From Chlorokybus atmophyticus (lineage: Eukaryota > Plantae > Mesostigma and Chlorokybus algae), in contig RHPI01001737.1 of NCBI GenBank assembly GCA_009103225.1, positions 926,091-990,090 on the forward strand: 64,000 bases of DNA, read 5' to 3'. Positions within the stretch are counted from its first letter, which is position 1; every line of letters starts with the position of its first letter. Shown one piece after another: positions 35,101-47,253 of the stretch. Under the pieces are notes generated by a model that made no database searches, was not told where the DNA came from, and saw only the letters and a list, made by a program, of their open reading frames with translations. A program made the translations under genes and the position numbers.

Positions 35101-35879
35101 ACAGATGTTATTTGTATTGAACAATGTTGCTGCATTCGGTATCATACGACAAGCAGCTTCTGGCACTTACACAATAGTAAGCACAATGAACCCCTGAATT
35201 GTGATGGCAATTCAAATATAAAAAACCAACTTTCCTTATGTACCCCTATCTTCGATCAAGCTGCTGCATTTCATTCGCTTACATGCTTGCTGTACAGGTG
35301 CCCTTATCAGCAAGCTATAGCTAACGAAAGCCCTTTTGTATTGCATGCGCGGATCCAACACCATGCTTTGCCACCTTATGCTGCAATACTCCTTGTTGAA
35401 CAACATACATGCTTATTCAATGCTTGCTTATCGGTAAAGCACCTTTACGCAGTGAATGCCGACGCGGGGTTGTCTTCACATGAAGCAATGTGCAGCATAT
35501 CACATCACATAATCGTCATATGACATGCGTATTGAGTAGCCTTCTGTTGGCTCCAAATCAATACAAGCACAGATTCAGTGCGAGACTTGCAATAAATTTG
35601 TACTTATACTAGTCTGAACCGGCACTGTAAGACCATTGAGCTCATACATGGATTGCAGATTTCATGTGCACTACAAGCACGCATTGAGCGGAGGGAATGC
35701 AAGCCAAGACATGGGAATAAAGCTTTGCAAATTGAATGGCCTCCATTTAAAGGGTTGCTATTAATTAACTTGTATAACATATATGCTGTATAACTTGTAT
35801 GATTGTTAAACATACATGATACATTTGTCATAGATTTAAATATCATTTGTTCATAACAGTTATGATGATTGTTCATCTT

Positions 35880-35942
35880 ATATGACCAGTTAAGCACAGC
35901 TTAACTGGTCATATATGACCAGTTAAGCTGTGCTTAAGTCAT
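35880..35942. repeat. Compound palindrome
   Basis: A perfect 48-bp spacerless palindrome (35890-35937) overlaps a 16-bp-arm hairpin (35880-35914). Confidence 0.95.
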
Positions 35943-37120
35943 GTACGATGAACACGTGAAGATGCACATCATGGCATGATTTTTGGGTGCTTGTATTTTA
36001 GTAGCCCTCGGCGTGTTTGCAACTTGCGATTTGACATTAGCGTGACAGTACAGTCCAGTGGAAACGTCTGTTGAACGTGATCCGCAAGCTATGTGTGCAA
36101 GTCTACACAGCGCTAAGAAAGCGCCAAAAGTTGACGTGTCAGGGCGGTTAATTTTCACCTTTACCAGTCCTGCGGTTTGCCGCGAGGCAACCGGGAACCT
36201 CGTTAAGCCAAACCGAGAACCTAGTAACAGGAGTCCTGGTCCAGGACTTGCATAAAACGCCGGCTCGAGCTGTGGGATCGCCGTCAAAGTCGGTTAGGGC
36301 AAACCGCGGCAAAAATGACTTGGCACCTCCCACCCAACATAAAACAACTTTGCAAGTACGGTTACATCTTGTTTGTTGGTGCCTGTTGTTGTCTGGGCCA
36401 GGCTTCTAGTTGTCGTCGTCGCGGGCGGGGCCGGCGGGGGCCTGGGCATCGTGGCCGCCCGCAGTGGCAAGTGCCGCGGTAGCGAGAGGCGGGGCCGCGT
36501 GGGGGCGGGGTGACGGGCTTGCGAGCAGCATCAGCAGCAGGTGCGCTCTGCTGGTTGTTGACGGGACAGCTGCAGTGCAGTCGCACAGCACAATAGGGGC
36601 AGTTTGCAGCAACACTGTTGTTAGTGAGCTCTATGCTTGAAAGCTAGTGTGATTGTCAACTACGTGATATTCGTTTTTGAGCGAGTTGCCCTGTACACGC
36701 TCCATTACGCGAACCACTGCTGTTGGTGCACCAGAGCGTGTGCATTCAGGGCATGTCCTTGTGTGACGCCCTGTGGTGTGCTTGCGATCGTGCAAACACA
36801 TAACCAGCTTGGCAGGCTGACGTGACTGCAGTTTAGGGTTGGCTCGCTGCATTGTACAAGCCGCAGTTGCTGCTGTTTTCATCTATGCTTGCGGTCAGCG
36901 GCGCTGCTGGGCAATTGTTGCACATTGCAATGGCTCACATGCTTGAAGAGTATAGAGTGCTGGCGATCCTATGCATGTAAACGTGTGAGTTTCACGTTGG
37001 GCGGCACCATTGTAGGCTGATTGCACTGCAATTGTGGGATTTTGACCTGGCACTGCACAAAGCGCACCTGACCAGCTTACGATGCAGGTGCGGTGTGTGC
37101 GGCGCATGCCGTAGTCTGCC

Positions 37121-39811
37121 ATGGCGGACAATGGCGTTGAGACAGTGACAGCAGAGCGCCTGGGGAGAAGTGCGGGAGAATATGGGGCACAACCTTCACC
37201 TGTTGTTGAAAATGGTGCAGATGGTGCAGAGGCAACCGGCTCCCCTAGTGTAAGCATCATATTTACATTATGCTGCACCTCTTGAATATGCTCGCACTTC
37301 GCACAGTGGTATTGCAATGCATACATGTTCTACATTAGAGGCATAGGGTCGTGATGGCATGGGGTATGGTCGTACGAGAAGTTAGCCAATCAGGTGTAGA
37401 AACAGTACTTGCACCACACAATGCTCATGCTTTCAGCAGTGATCGTCAATACAGCAATGCATGCATTGTTCAGTCTGCTAGTCCTGTCCATGCCTATGAC
37501 CATTACAAACACATGGTGCCTGTCTGGTAGAAACCGGAAACTAGCAAGCCTGCAGCAACATCACCTCGGCCAACTGCTCACAACACACCGAGACCAGCTT
37601 CAGCACGTCCGGCTTCAGCCTCGACGCCTCACTACCTTCGCCAAACAACTGCTACTGCAGCAAAGACGCATCGCGATAGTGCAGAAAAGGAGAAAACAGC
37701 ACCTGTTTCTCGCCCTGCATCTGCTCGTCCTGCGCATGCAGGTATTACCGAATGCTGTTTGCTGCGTGCAACAGAGCGATCGCATATGCAGCTCTCGCTG
37801 ACACTTTGATGCATGGTGGAAGAAGCGCAATGGCCATGCACGTTAAGTTAAACACATCCTTCTGGCAGCTACAACACCACAGCCATTCAAGTTGTCAACA
37901 AATGAGCGTGCCCAACGGCCAGTTTCTGCACGGATGGCGGATTCACGGCCTGCAGATCAGCCAGTGAAACCTGCAAGCAAGGCCTCTGTAACAACACCCC
38001 GGCCGACAACAGCAGCTGCACCAAAGGCAACTGAAGGCACACAGGTCTGCTTAATGCTCTGCATAGGCCATATATGGCTATGGCTGCCTCAGTAGGTACA
38101 AAACTGACCTTGTTTGTGTGCAGCAAGCTGACCCAAAGGCACATGTAGTCAAGCCAGTGCCATTCAAGCTTGCCAGCATGAAGTAAGTTCACATCCCATT
38201 TGTGTTTTGTATGAGAATTGACAAGGGATACGATTTTACCCATCTTAAAATTACATTCGGTCTTACATCTTCCATTTACATGTTGCATCTTGCATCCTCA
38301 CCTTACTTCCCAACACTAAATGTACCTCCGGACTGGCACTGCTCGTTTTCTCCCAGGCTGCATGAGAAAGCAGAGGCTGATCGCAAGAAGCGCATTCAAG
38401 AAGAAGCTGAAAAGGAAGCCAAAGCCCGAGAGTTCAAGGCCAGACCCAGGCCAAAATATCCACTCAACTGGTTGCGTGCATATCTGCTTGGGGCATTGTA
38501 TGCTATTAATGCAGCTGGGTGCTTCACTCCTCTCTCTTCACAGTGCTACGCCGCTGCATCAAGTGCATTGTTCGCTGTATCCTTGACTACTCTGCTTCAC
38601 ATCTGCGGCGTTTGTGCTGAAGAAGGCTGCAGCACCTACAACCAAACCCCAAAGTATTGCATTTTCAAGTGAAAAGCGCTTGCTTGCGCGCAAAGAGGTA
38701 ATTGTTCATAGATTAATGATGACTGCTGCTCTGAGCTGCCAGCGCTGCATCTGCTTTTGCACTGCAGAACAAGAAGAGCAGGAGAAGGTGGTTGTTGTTG
38801 TTGTTGGGNNNNNNNNNNNNNNNNNNNNNNNNNNNNNNNNNNNNNNNNNNNNNNNNNNNNNNNNNNNNNNNNNNNNNNNNNNNNNNNNNNNNNNNNNNNN
38901 NNNNNNNNNNNNNNNNNNNNNNNNNNNNNNNNNNNNNNNNNNNNNNNNNNNNNNNNNNNNNNNNNNNNNNNNNNNNNNNNNNNNNNNNNNNNNNNNNNNG
39001 GGCTCTGCGCGCAGGCATGTTAATGCAGTTGTTGTTGCAGTTTGAGCAGCATTTGGCTGAGAAGGAAAAGGAGAAGCAGAGGCAACGTGATGAAGAGGAG
39101 CGGCAAAAGAAGGTAGGACTACAGTGAATACCCAAACAGTACTTTGCTGACTTTGCCCATACGTTAGCTTGAACGACATGCGCATTGTAATGTTCCAATG
39201 AAATGCAGCTGGCCGAAGAGGAAGAGTTGAAGAAGTTAAGAGAATCAGCGACTTACAAAGCACACCCGGCTCCAAAGTTTAATCCTGAGAAGGTTTTCAA
39301 GCCAGCGCCGAGTAAGGTACTGTTTGCAGCCTACGTATGGATTGCATCTTTGTTAACTTCCATGTCACAACAAGCAATTGCAGAGTAAGTGCATCTGATG
39401 TCGTCATGTTGATGTCTGTGTGCAGGCGGCTCCAACAGTCCCCGAGTCGCCCAGGCTTCTCACGGCTTCGCGCAGTACCGAAGCCATTGATGGTGTTGTT
39501 ATGGACAGCAAGCACTCGGAAGGTGTTCACGCCAATGGTGGCACACCCAAGTCAAGTGCTCCTGCAGCAACAGCCAAAGTGGCTCCTTTGACGTATGCAT
39601 GAGTGCAACGGTTGCGGGTGTTTCCTACATTGTATTGTTCATCATATACCATTATGTCCCACCTTGCGTCTGGTGCCTTGTGTAACTCCAGCCTCAGGCG
39701 GCAACTGCCTCCGGCACATGCAACCCAACAGTGGACAACAACCTGGCTTGCCAGCATACAAGATCTGCCACTCCAGAGATTGTGGACGCCGTGCACCAAA
39801 TGTCCAAGTAA
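37121..39811 (+). CDS. TPX2-domain microtubule-associated protein (TPX2/WVD2-like), multi-exon, spans an N gap
   Basis: EAKAREFKARP, F.SEKR...R.EFEQHLAEKE, AEEEELKKLRESATYKAHPAP and PTVPESPRLLT. Start and last exon are inferred. Confidence 0.72.
38809..38999. other. Assembly gap (N run) in an intron after a GTT microsatellite
   Basis: Run of N. Confidence 1.
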
Positions 39812-42344
39812 ATCTGTTGATCCCGCAGATGGTACTTTTAGCCAGGTTTATTGCATTTATTAGGGGCGTGTGCGTGTAGCTTGTCACACCACTGTACTAT
39901 TGGAATGTAGTCCCGTCTATATGTGATTATGCCCGCTCAACAAGTCATTGACTGTGCCCTGTCAGACGTGCCATATTGGGGTCTGGGGATCATAGCAACA
40001 CATATTGGTGCCGGGCCTGTTGTACTGGAGTCTGCACACACCTGTGGACAGCGCGTTTACGCATGTTAATCCTTTCCCCATTAATGCCAAAGAGTACTAC
40101 AAACTATACAATAGAACAAGGACACCATGGCAGAATGGCGCAGCAACAGTTGCTATGGTGACTTCAATGCGTGTGTCAAATGCATGCTCATGTAGATACA
40201 TACATACCCCTCTCGCATTTTCTGCACGGTATACAGGACGAATTTCCGTTGCTGTGGGTCACACACATGGCGGCATGCAACATTGTAAGGACGAGATGTT
40301 TGCCATCATGCGGGAGGCTATGGTGCGCCGCGAGGGATTGGCCTTCATGCCCGGTTAGCCGGGTGATGGACGTGAACAATAGTCTGGTCTTGCTTGCGGT
40401 CGTTCGAGCTTGACATGGAGACATGATTGCTATTTGGTGTGATGGTAACAGCGTGCAGCGAGCGGCTAAGGGCGGCGGCACGTGTCACGGGACGACTTGA
40501 TAATAACCACAATGGCCACAAAATACACTTCGTGCTTATGTGGCCTAGTGGTTCGTTACATTGGTCATCGGAGTTTGAGACCCAAAGGTTTCAAGGTCGA
40601 AACCGCCTCGCGGCAGACCAAGAAGGACTTTGGAGGTCATTGTTATCGAGCCAAAAATGATGAGTCGCACGCATTTGCTTAGTGCAACGCGCTTGCTGGA
40701 CAGCAATTGGTCATTCCGACATATCGCGCGTACCTGGAGCCGCCGCTGGGTAGTACTACGCGACTTGCCTGATGGCGACTGACGGTCGGTCACTCAGCGG
40801 CGTAATGCGCGCTGCAACTGCAGTGATGATTACAAAGCGCTTCCACTGCTACGTGACGAGATTCCCCTATGGAACTCACATCTAAGGCGAACGTTAAATG
40901 CCTAAATGGGGGGGAATGTCATGCAACGACCCGATCATAACACCACAATGGCCGCAGAACACACTTCGTGCTTTTGTGGCCTAGTGGTTCGTTACAGCAC
41001 GAGCAGTATAGTTGGCAAAGCAAAAGTACAGCGACCATCCGGCAACACATTTTACATGCTGATTGACTATGGTGGTCTTAAAGTACAGTACGAGGTGAGT
41101 GCGTATTGTGTGAAGTGCGATGCGTTCTCAAAAGCAGGTTGTGATGTGTCCACACTCATGTAATTATGCATATATGTAGCCCTAGAGGGTGAGCGTCAAG
41201 GTCTGCGTAGTCCGAAAGGGTGAGCGTTGGGTCTTCATGTAAACATCATCGTTTCAGAGAGGGGTCGAACTTCATGCACGCTCCTTGACGTCACCACTGC
41301 AGTCAGCCATTAAGTCACTAAGCCACCAACTTACCTAGCGGGACCGGCTGCACATAGTGCTAGTAGCGCTCTCAGTACTCGGACCATTTTTGGACTGACA
41401 CGTTGATCCCGTTGGCGATTAAATCGCATGGTTGGATGGGTTGCCTATTGATGAACTTGTTGGCTAGTTGAGCGCGTCGAGCATTGAATGCCCGTAAGTC
41501 GAAGACGCTTTATCTATTACACTTGTGGCTGCCTTTTGCCAGCGCATATTCGTCATTCCACTGCGCGCAAGCCACCGCGATCAAGGAGGTAGCCGCAGTG
41601 CATGCAGCTGCAGTGCATGCAGAGCCCCTTCTTGCGCGTGCACAGAATGCTGTATGAGTGTGCCACACTCATACAGCAGGGCACTCTATTTTGGCAGATG
41701 TTTTGCTAAAGTAGCGACGGACACTAGACACCACAACCGTCAGTTGGCACCCATGTCAGATATCCATTCATGTATGTAGGGTGCGTGCCATGTCACGTGA
41801 TGTGAGACTCGTGCAAATTGCCATATCCCTACTTCTCTTCTTGCACCCCAGTACCGTATTGCATTGAAGCACATAGCGTAGTGAAGTTAATGAGGTACAA
41901 AGCCATGCATCCGCCCTGGTCTGATCCATGACAATTTTGAATAGTATGCATGAGAGTGTTAGTATGGTCGCTCGTACGTACTTAAACCCATGTGCTTTTG
42001 TTGATAATGAGTTGATTAATAGTTGCTGTAGCCCCTTTGCATGCATTACTATCACTATTATACCCTATGCATTGTGCATATAACTGCCAAGATGTGCTTT
42101 TACTGAATTGACGTCTACAACATTTGCTTAACAGAAGACGAGTTTTTAATCTTGCACCATGTTACATACCTAATCGCTAACGAAAAGTGAGTCGCTTGCT
42201 CGAGTAGCTAGGATGGCAGCTATATATATAATATTGTTAACGATTACGTATTCAGCAACCAATAGCATTCAACCGCGCTGCACCCCATGCCAACGACCAT
42301 TATCCTTCCGTCTCCAACTGCAATCATAATTTGGAGTCTACCTA

Positions 42345-43148
42345 CCGTATTCCATCAAATACCCCCCCCCCCCCCCCCCCCCCCCCNNNNNNNNNNNNNN
42401 NNNNNNNNNNNNNNNNNNNNNNNNNNNNNNNNNNNNNNNNNNNNNNNNNGGGGGGGGGGGGGGGGGGGGGGCTTGTCTGTAATACATCCCCCAGGGAGTG
42501 GGGGGGTGTGTAAATGGGGTGGAAGCATTGCATTATCTAGCACTTTGTATACACTCTAAGGCTAGAACAAAAACTCATGACCGTAGCATTCCCACGACTG
42601 TGGGCGCCACCACCGCCGCAGGCTACTGCGCACGCTACTGTGCCGTACTTTGCAACTGCCGCCGCACGGTAGGCGCCGAATACGGCGCCAGGCTACGTTG
42701 CGTTTTGTAATTGACGCGACGCAGCGTAACGCTGCGCGTAAATATCCCCCTTGTATAATAGGACCCCACTCTAATTATAAAAGACTAATGGCATTAACAA
42801 GAAACGCGCAACAACGTACACCATGTCCGTACCTAGCCACAAACTACATGCACTGCAGCAAGCACAGGAGGCAGCACAGCAATCAAGCTACTACTGGGGC
42901 TCTAACAGGTGCCAGCAGTCGTCCCAGCTAGTGCAACGTCCGCCTCCGCCGTGGGGCGAGTCACCTGCAGTGGCTGCCAGCCCGGAGCCGCCGCCCCCGC
43001 CGCCGCCCCCCTGTCTAGCAGGGCCATGGCCTGGGCCCGCTGCAGCGCGCAGGCCACGCACTTTAATACAACACCCACCCACCCCAAAAATAGAGGAAGG
43101 GGGAGGGGGGCTTGTTTGTAAGGGGGGGTTGTATTCGATGGAATACGG
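42345..43148. mobile_element. Non-autonomous Tc1/mariner-superfamily element (Tc2/pogo-like MITE)
   Basis: TA|CCGTATTCCATC(A/G)AATAC ... GTATTCGATGGAATACGG|TA termini with TA TSD. No transposase. Contains a gap at 42387-42449 between poly-C and poly-G. Confidence 0.82.
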
Positions 43149-44036
43149 TAACCAAGCACGACCAAAGCTAGCAGCACGCGAAGGCCAGCACATCACTTGC
43201 GCTCGTGTTGCCCTTCATCTAAATGACAAAGACATGTAATCTGCACAGCCCGTTGAACAACTGAAACAGCATGATCAGTCTTACCAAGAGGATAAGCATT
43301 GTCATTATCAAACACTCTACCACCATGCATCTTTGTGCGTAGGGTGGCTCGCAGAGGCGCCTAGCTTGTGTTCCTGGTTGATCGTGGTTGGTTGTTAGGC
43401 ATGGATGATTGTACGCAGTGATCACTTTGCATTCATGTAGTAGTCTTTGTGCGCCGCACGTTGCTTGCTCCGTCGGTGACTTTTGCTGCATATTGTCTGC
43501 CTCACCCACCATTGCATTGCACAGCATACAGCAGCACTTAGTGTAGTGTGAGGTAGTGGCCCCAGGTGAAATAACAATTTTCCCTGCCTGCTTTGCCTGC
43601 CCTGCCTTGCTTGCTGTGCATGTTCTTGTTCTACCGTTGAGCACAGCATCTGACTGCTCAGCCTCCTGCACTTGCATAGCATCTAAGGCAAGGCTTGACT
43701 TATAGGTGAGCTAGAAGGCCCTGGGAGTGGGTTTTCTAATTTTTTGTGTGACCATTGCTGCCTTGCTAGCCCTGCCCTACCTTGCTTGCCCAACTGCAGC
43801 ATGCGTGTTTGAGTGCTCGTTACCATGACAATGGATACCCTATGCCGGCCACACAGACACAAGCTGCTCCAGTTGATGAGACTATCAGCCTGGCATGCCA
43901 ACTATCACAGCCGCCCTGTGCTAAGGCAGGGCCACCATACGTGCCTGCTGCAAGCATTCAGCATACACAACCATGCGCGAATTGACAGATGTCGAGTTGA
44001 GTGCATTACGTGTGAAGTATGTTCTGTAACAGCTCT

Positions 44037-47000
44037 TCACATCGCGTTATGAGGTTGAAGGCCTTCAGAAAAGGTGCTGAACAGCTGAGCAAGGACCTCA
44101 TTTGAGAACAACAACCCTTCTGGATCTGTCAACCGAATGCCCTGATGGATGCTCAAGTCTTCCTGAGTGTTCCCGTTCTCATCAATGCCCTGTACAAGCT
44201 CCTGAGCAGCATAGGACTGCATTACCTGCTTGGCAACCACGCAACAACAAGCGTCAAGACACATGTGTGCACATGTTGCTCTGCTCTGGATTACTGCGTC
44301 TAACCATGCATAGCAGCACCCACAACAATAAGTCAAGCCAAGGGCACCTGAACGATTGACGCTGCAACATCCTCGCCAAACTCGGCAGCTACATGCGGCA
44401 ACCAGAGGCCCTGCGTTGAAGCAAATAGACTCCGTCAGTGGAGCAGCAAGTAGCCACAAGCCACAAGAATGGCATGTTGCTTCCACTCACATCTCGCGTG
44501 CGTAAGCGCAGCATCAATGCTTCCAACAGCCTGTCTTCACGGCTTTCTTCAGGCCAGTCGATCGCCCCCTGTGCAGCCTGCTGAGCCACAATTACATGTT
44601 GTAATCATGTAGCACCCAACAACCAACCAGCAGGTGTTGAGCTTGTCAGTATGCTCACCTCGTACTCAGCCACCCAAGCAGAGTACTCTGCGAGCTTCTT
44701 CGGACGCGAATACCGCTGCCGGTTAAAGTAGCTGGCTGCCCCTAACCCAAACCCGTAGAACGGCACACCTTTCCAGTACACTTGATTGTGTCGCGAACGG
44801 CATCCCTCCTTTGCATAATTGCTGACCTGACGATGCATACACCCATGACAACCTGGATGCATAGCACAACACATCATACATGAATATGCACATAATGGCA
44901 AGTGCTTTCCCCCTCACCTCATAGTGCTCGTAGCCAGCGGCTCGCAGCGTGTTTGATGCAGCTCTATACATGTCCGCTGCAGCATCATCGGTGGGCAACG
45001 GAGTCTCACCGGGCCGGTACCAGCGTCCAAAGGCGGTGCCCTACTGGAGACACACTTTGTTGGCTACAAGTTTTGTGTGTGCTTGTCTGTCAACACCACC
45101 AGCGCGGGCCTCAGCATGTTGGTACCAGTTCAGCTCTCACCTGCTCAACCTGCGTTCCCACAACACATAAGCATATGCACAAAACCAATTATTTTGCAGT
45201 CTTATCAATAGCGTAGATTCTGACTGAGTGCACACGCACCTGAAGGTCGTACACGGATATGTGTGCCGGTTCAGCGGCGATGGCTTGCTGCAAAGACTCC
45301 TGCCAGTTGTCAAGGGTCTGTCCGGGCAGGCCAGATATCAGATCCAGACTCCAGTTGCGGACGCCTGCCTGTGTATCGCAACATCTGCATTTGCACGTAA
45401 TCACAGCAACGATTTGGCGTATGCGATGTAATGCTTAACTGCTCACTACGCAATATGAGCAGAAATACTCAAACACACCGCTTTGAGTATGGCCAACGCT
45501 TGATGCACCTCGCTTGCATCGTGCGAGCGGCCAGCTGCTTTCAACAGTTCAGGCTGGAACGCCTGATAGCAAAAACAAGCAACATGCTGTCAAGTTGCCG
45601 GCAAGTCACTCGCATGCATGTACACATGCATGCACGTGCGTGCGCGCACCGTCGCTGTGTTCCTGCACATATGCACGAGCACACGCGACCAGTAGACCGC
45701 GACATCGTGGGCGACAACTCACTTACTTGTACGCCAAGACTGACTCGGTTAATACCGATATTCATGTACTTATCCACCTTCTCTGCGTCAAAGGTGCCAG
45801 GATCCATCTCCATTGTTATCTGCCCACAAACACACATACGCAAGTACACAGCTTAGTTGCATGGTTAATGCTGACATGATTGATTTGCAACATCCAACAT
45901 CATGCGCAAAACTTCTTGTTGCCTCACCTCGGCGTCCACAGCAATGCCGAACTGCTTGCGGATGTACGTCACGAGAGTTTGCATGAGCTGAGGAGGCAGG
46001 AGGGAGGGCGTGCCGCCACCGAAGTAAATGGTCTCCAACGGATGCATGCTGCTGGCGTGCGTGGCAGCCATTTCTCGGCACAACACGTCAACGTAGTTCG
46101 CCTGTTTCAACACGAACAATGAAGGTGCAGCGTCTGCTAACTGTGATGTGTTGCATTGGATGCGCGCCAATAAAGGCTATGAGCACGCGCGCACGCCCAT
46201 GCCCGCATATACAAATACACAAAGCACACAACTGTACCGTGATGATGTCTTATAATTGCAGCATAAACAATTGATGTTGAACCCCTCATATCAAATCAGC
46301 ACTTTGATATTTGTCGTATGCCCTCACAAAGTCACAATGAACGCGAGCAAGTATCTTGCGACACAGCTGATCGTGACCACTCAAATAGACCAAAATCTGT
46401 ACTCAAGCTGCAAGAGCTGCATGCATCACTACAATCCAGCAACGCCTGTCAACATGATCAATCAGGCTGCAATGGTGTTGCAATTGTGGGTGCACGCGCG
46501 CGTGCGTGTACGTTCGCATGCAAGTGGCTGCAGGTGGGATTTTGTGGGTTAATGGACGAGGCAAGCAGCATTGGTAGTTTCAGCACGTAACTTGCAAGTG
46601 CAAGCACACGCCCATGTCCGTGTGCACGCTTGTGCGCATGCACGTGCATGCGGTGTGAATAAGATTGATGTGCAGTTGCTTCGACTGACCATGCCATTGG
46701 CAATTCTTGGCGAGTCGGTGGCATTGCCCACGACAGAGATGGGAAAGTCGCAGTAGAAGCACCGCCGCCTGCAGAAGGGCAGGTGGAGGTAGGCTGCTCT
46801 TGGGGGCGTGGTCGGCGTCGGCGTAGGCGTCGGCAAAGGAGAGAAAATCTCTAATTGGGCAGCGACAGCTGCAGCTCGCTCCGGCGACAGCCTGGCTGTC
46901 GCTGGTGGTTGCGGTCGCCCTGGACGGCGCCTCGGCGCCTGAGCCTGAGCAGCAGGAATAAGATGGGGAGGCGGCTTTCTGCCTTCCGTGAGACGCGTCT

Positions 47001-47085
47001 TGTTGATGACAGCGCCCCGACCACGCCGCGCTGCCGCCGCCGCAACGGCCGTCGCGGCGCCCACCACCCGCAGCACACGGCCCAT
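44037..47085 (-). CDS. Radical SAM HemN-like protein (HemW/RSAD1 type), multi-exon, organelle-targeted
   Basis: AAYLHLPFCRRRCFYCDF (CxxxCxxC), TIYFGGGTPSLL, EMDPGTF, NRVSLGVQ, SLDLISGLPGQT, HISVYDLQ, GYEHYE/VSNYA, YGFGLGAAS and LMLRLRT. Confidence 0.93.
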
Positions 47086-47253
47086 AGCCTAGACCTCCCC
47101 TTCCCCCGTCCCAGCCAGAAGGTGACCCAGCGCCTGCGACCCGCCCTCTAACCTAATAGTTGCCCTCCCTGCACTTATTCTGCTTGGTTTTGCATAATGA
47201 AATGCGAGGTTGGGGCAATCCACGCATAAATGTCAACATTTGAGGAACACCTA

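Noticed and set aside
38614-39275. ORFs containing long X runs
   Set aside because: They are artefacts of translating through the N gap.
41768-42055. LRR-like CTSLTSL repeats on the minus strand
   Set aside because: There are only two short motif matches without LRR periodicity or supporting exons.
42331-42543. Poly-Pro/poly-Gly ORFs
   Set aside because: They come from homopolymers flanking an assembly gap, and the homopolymer lengths are unreliable.
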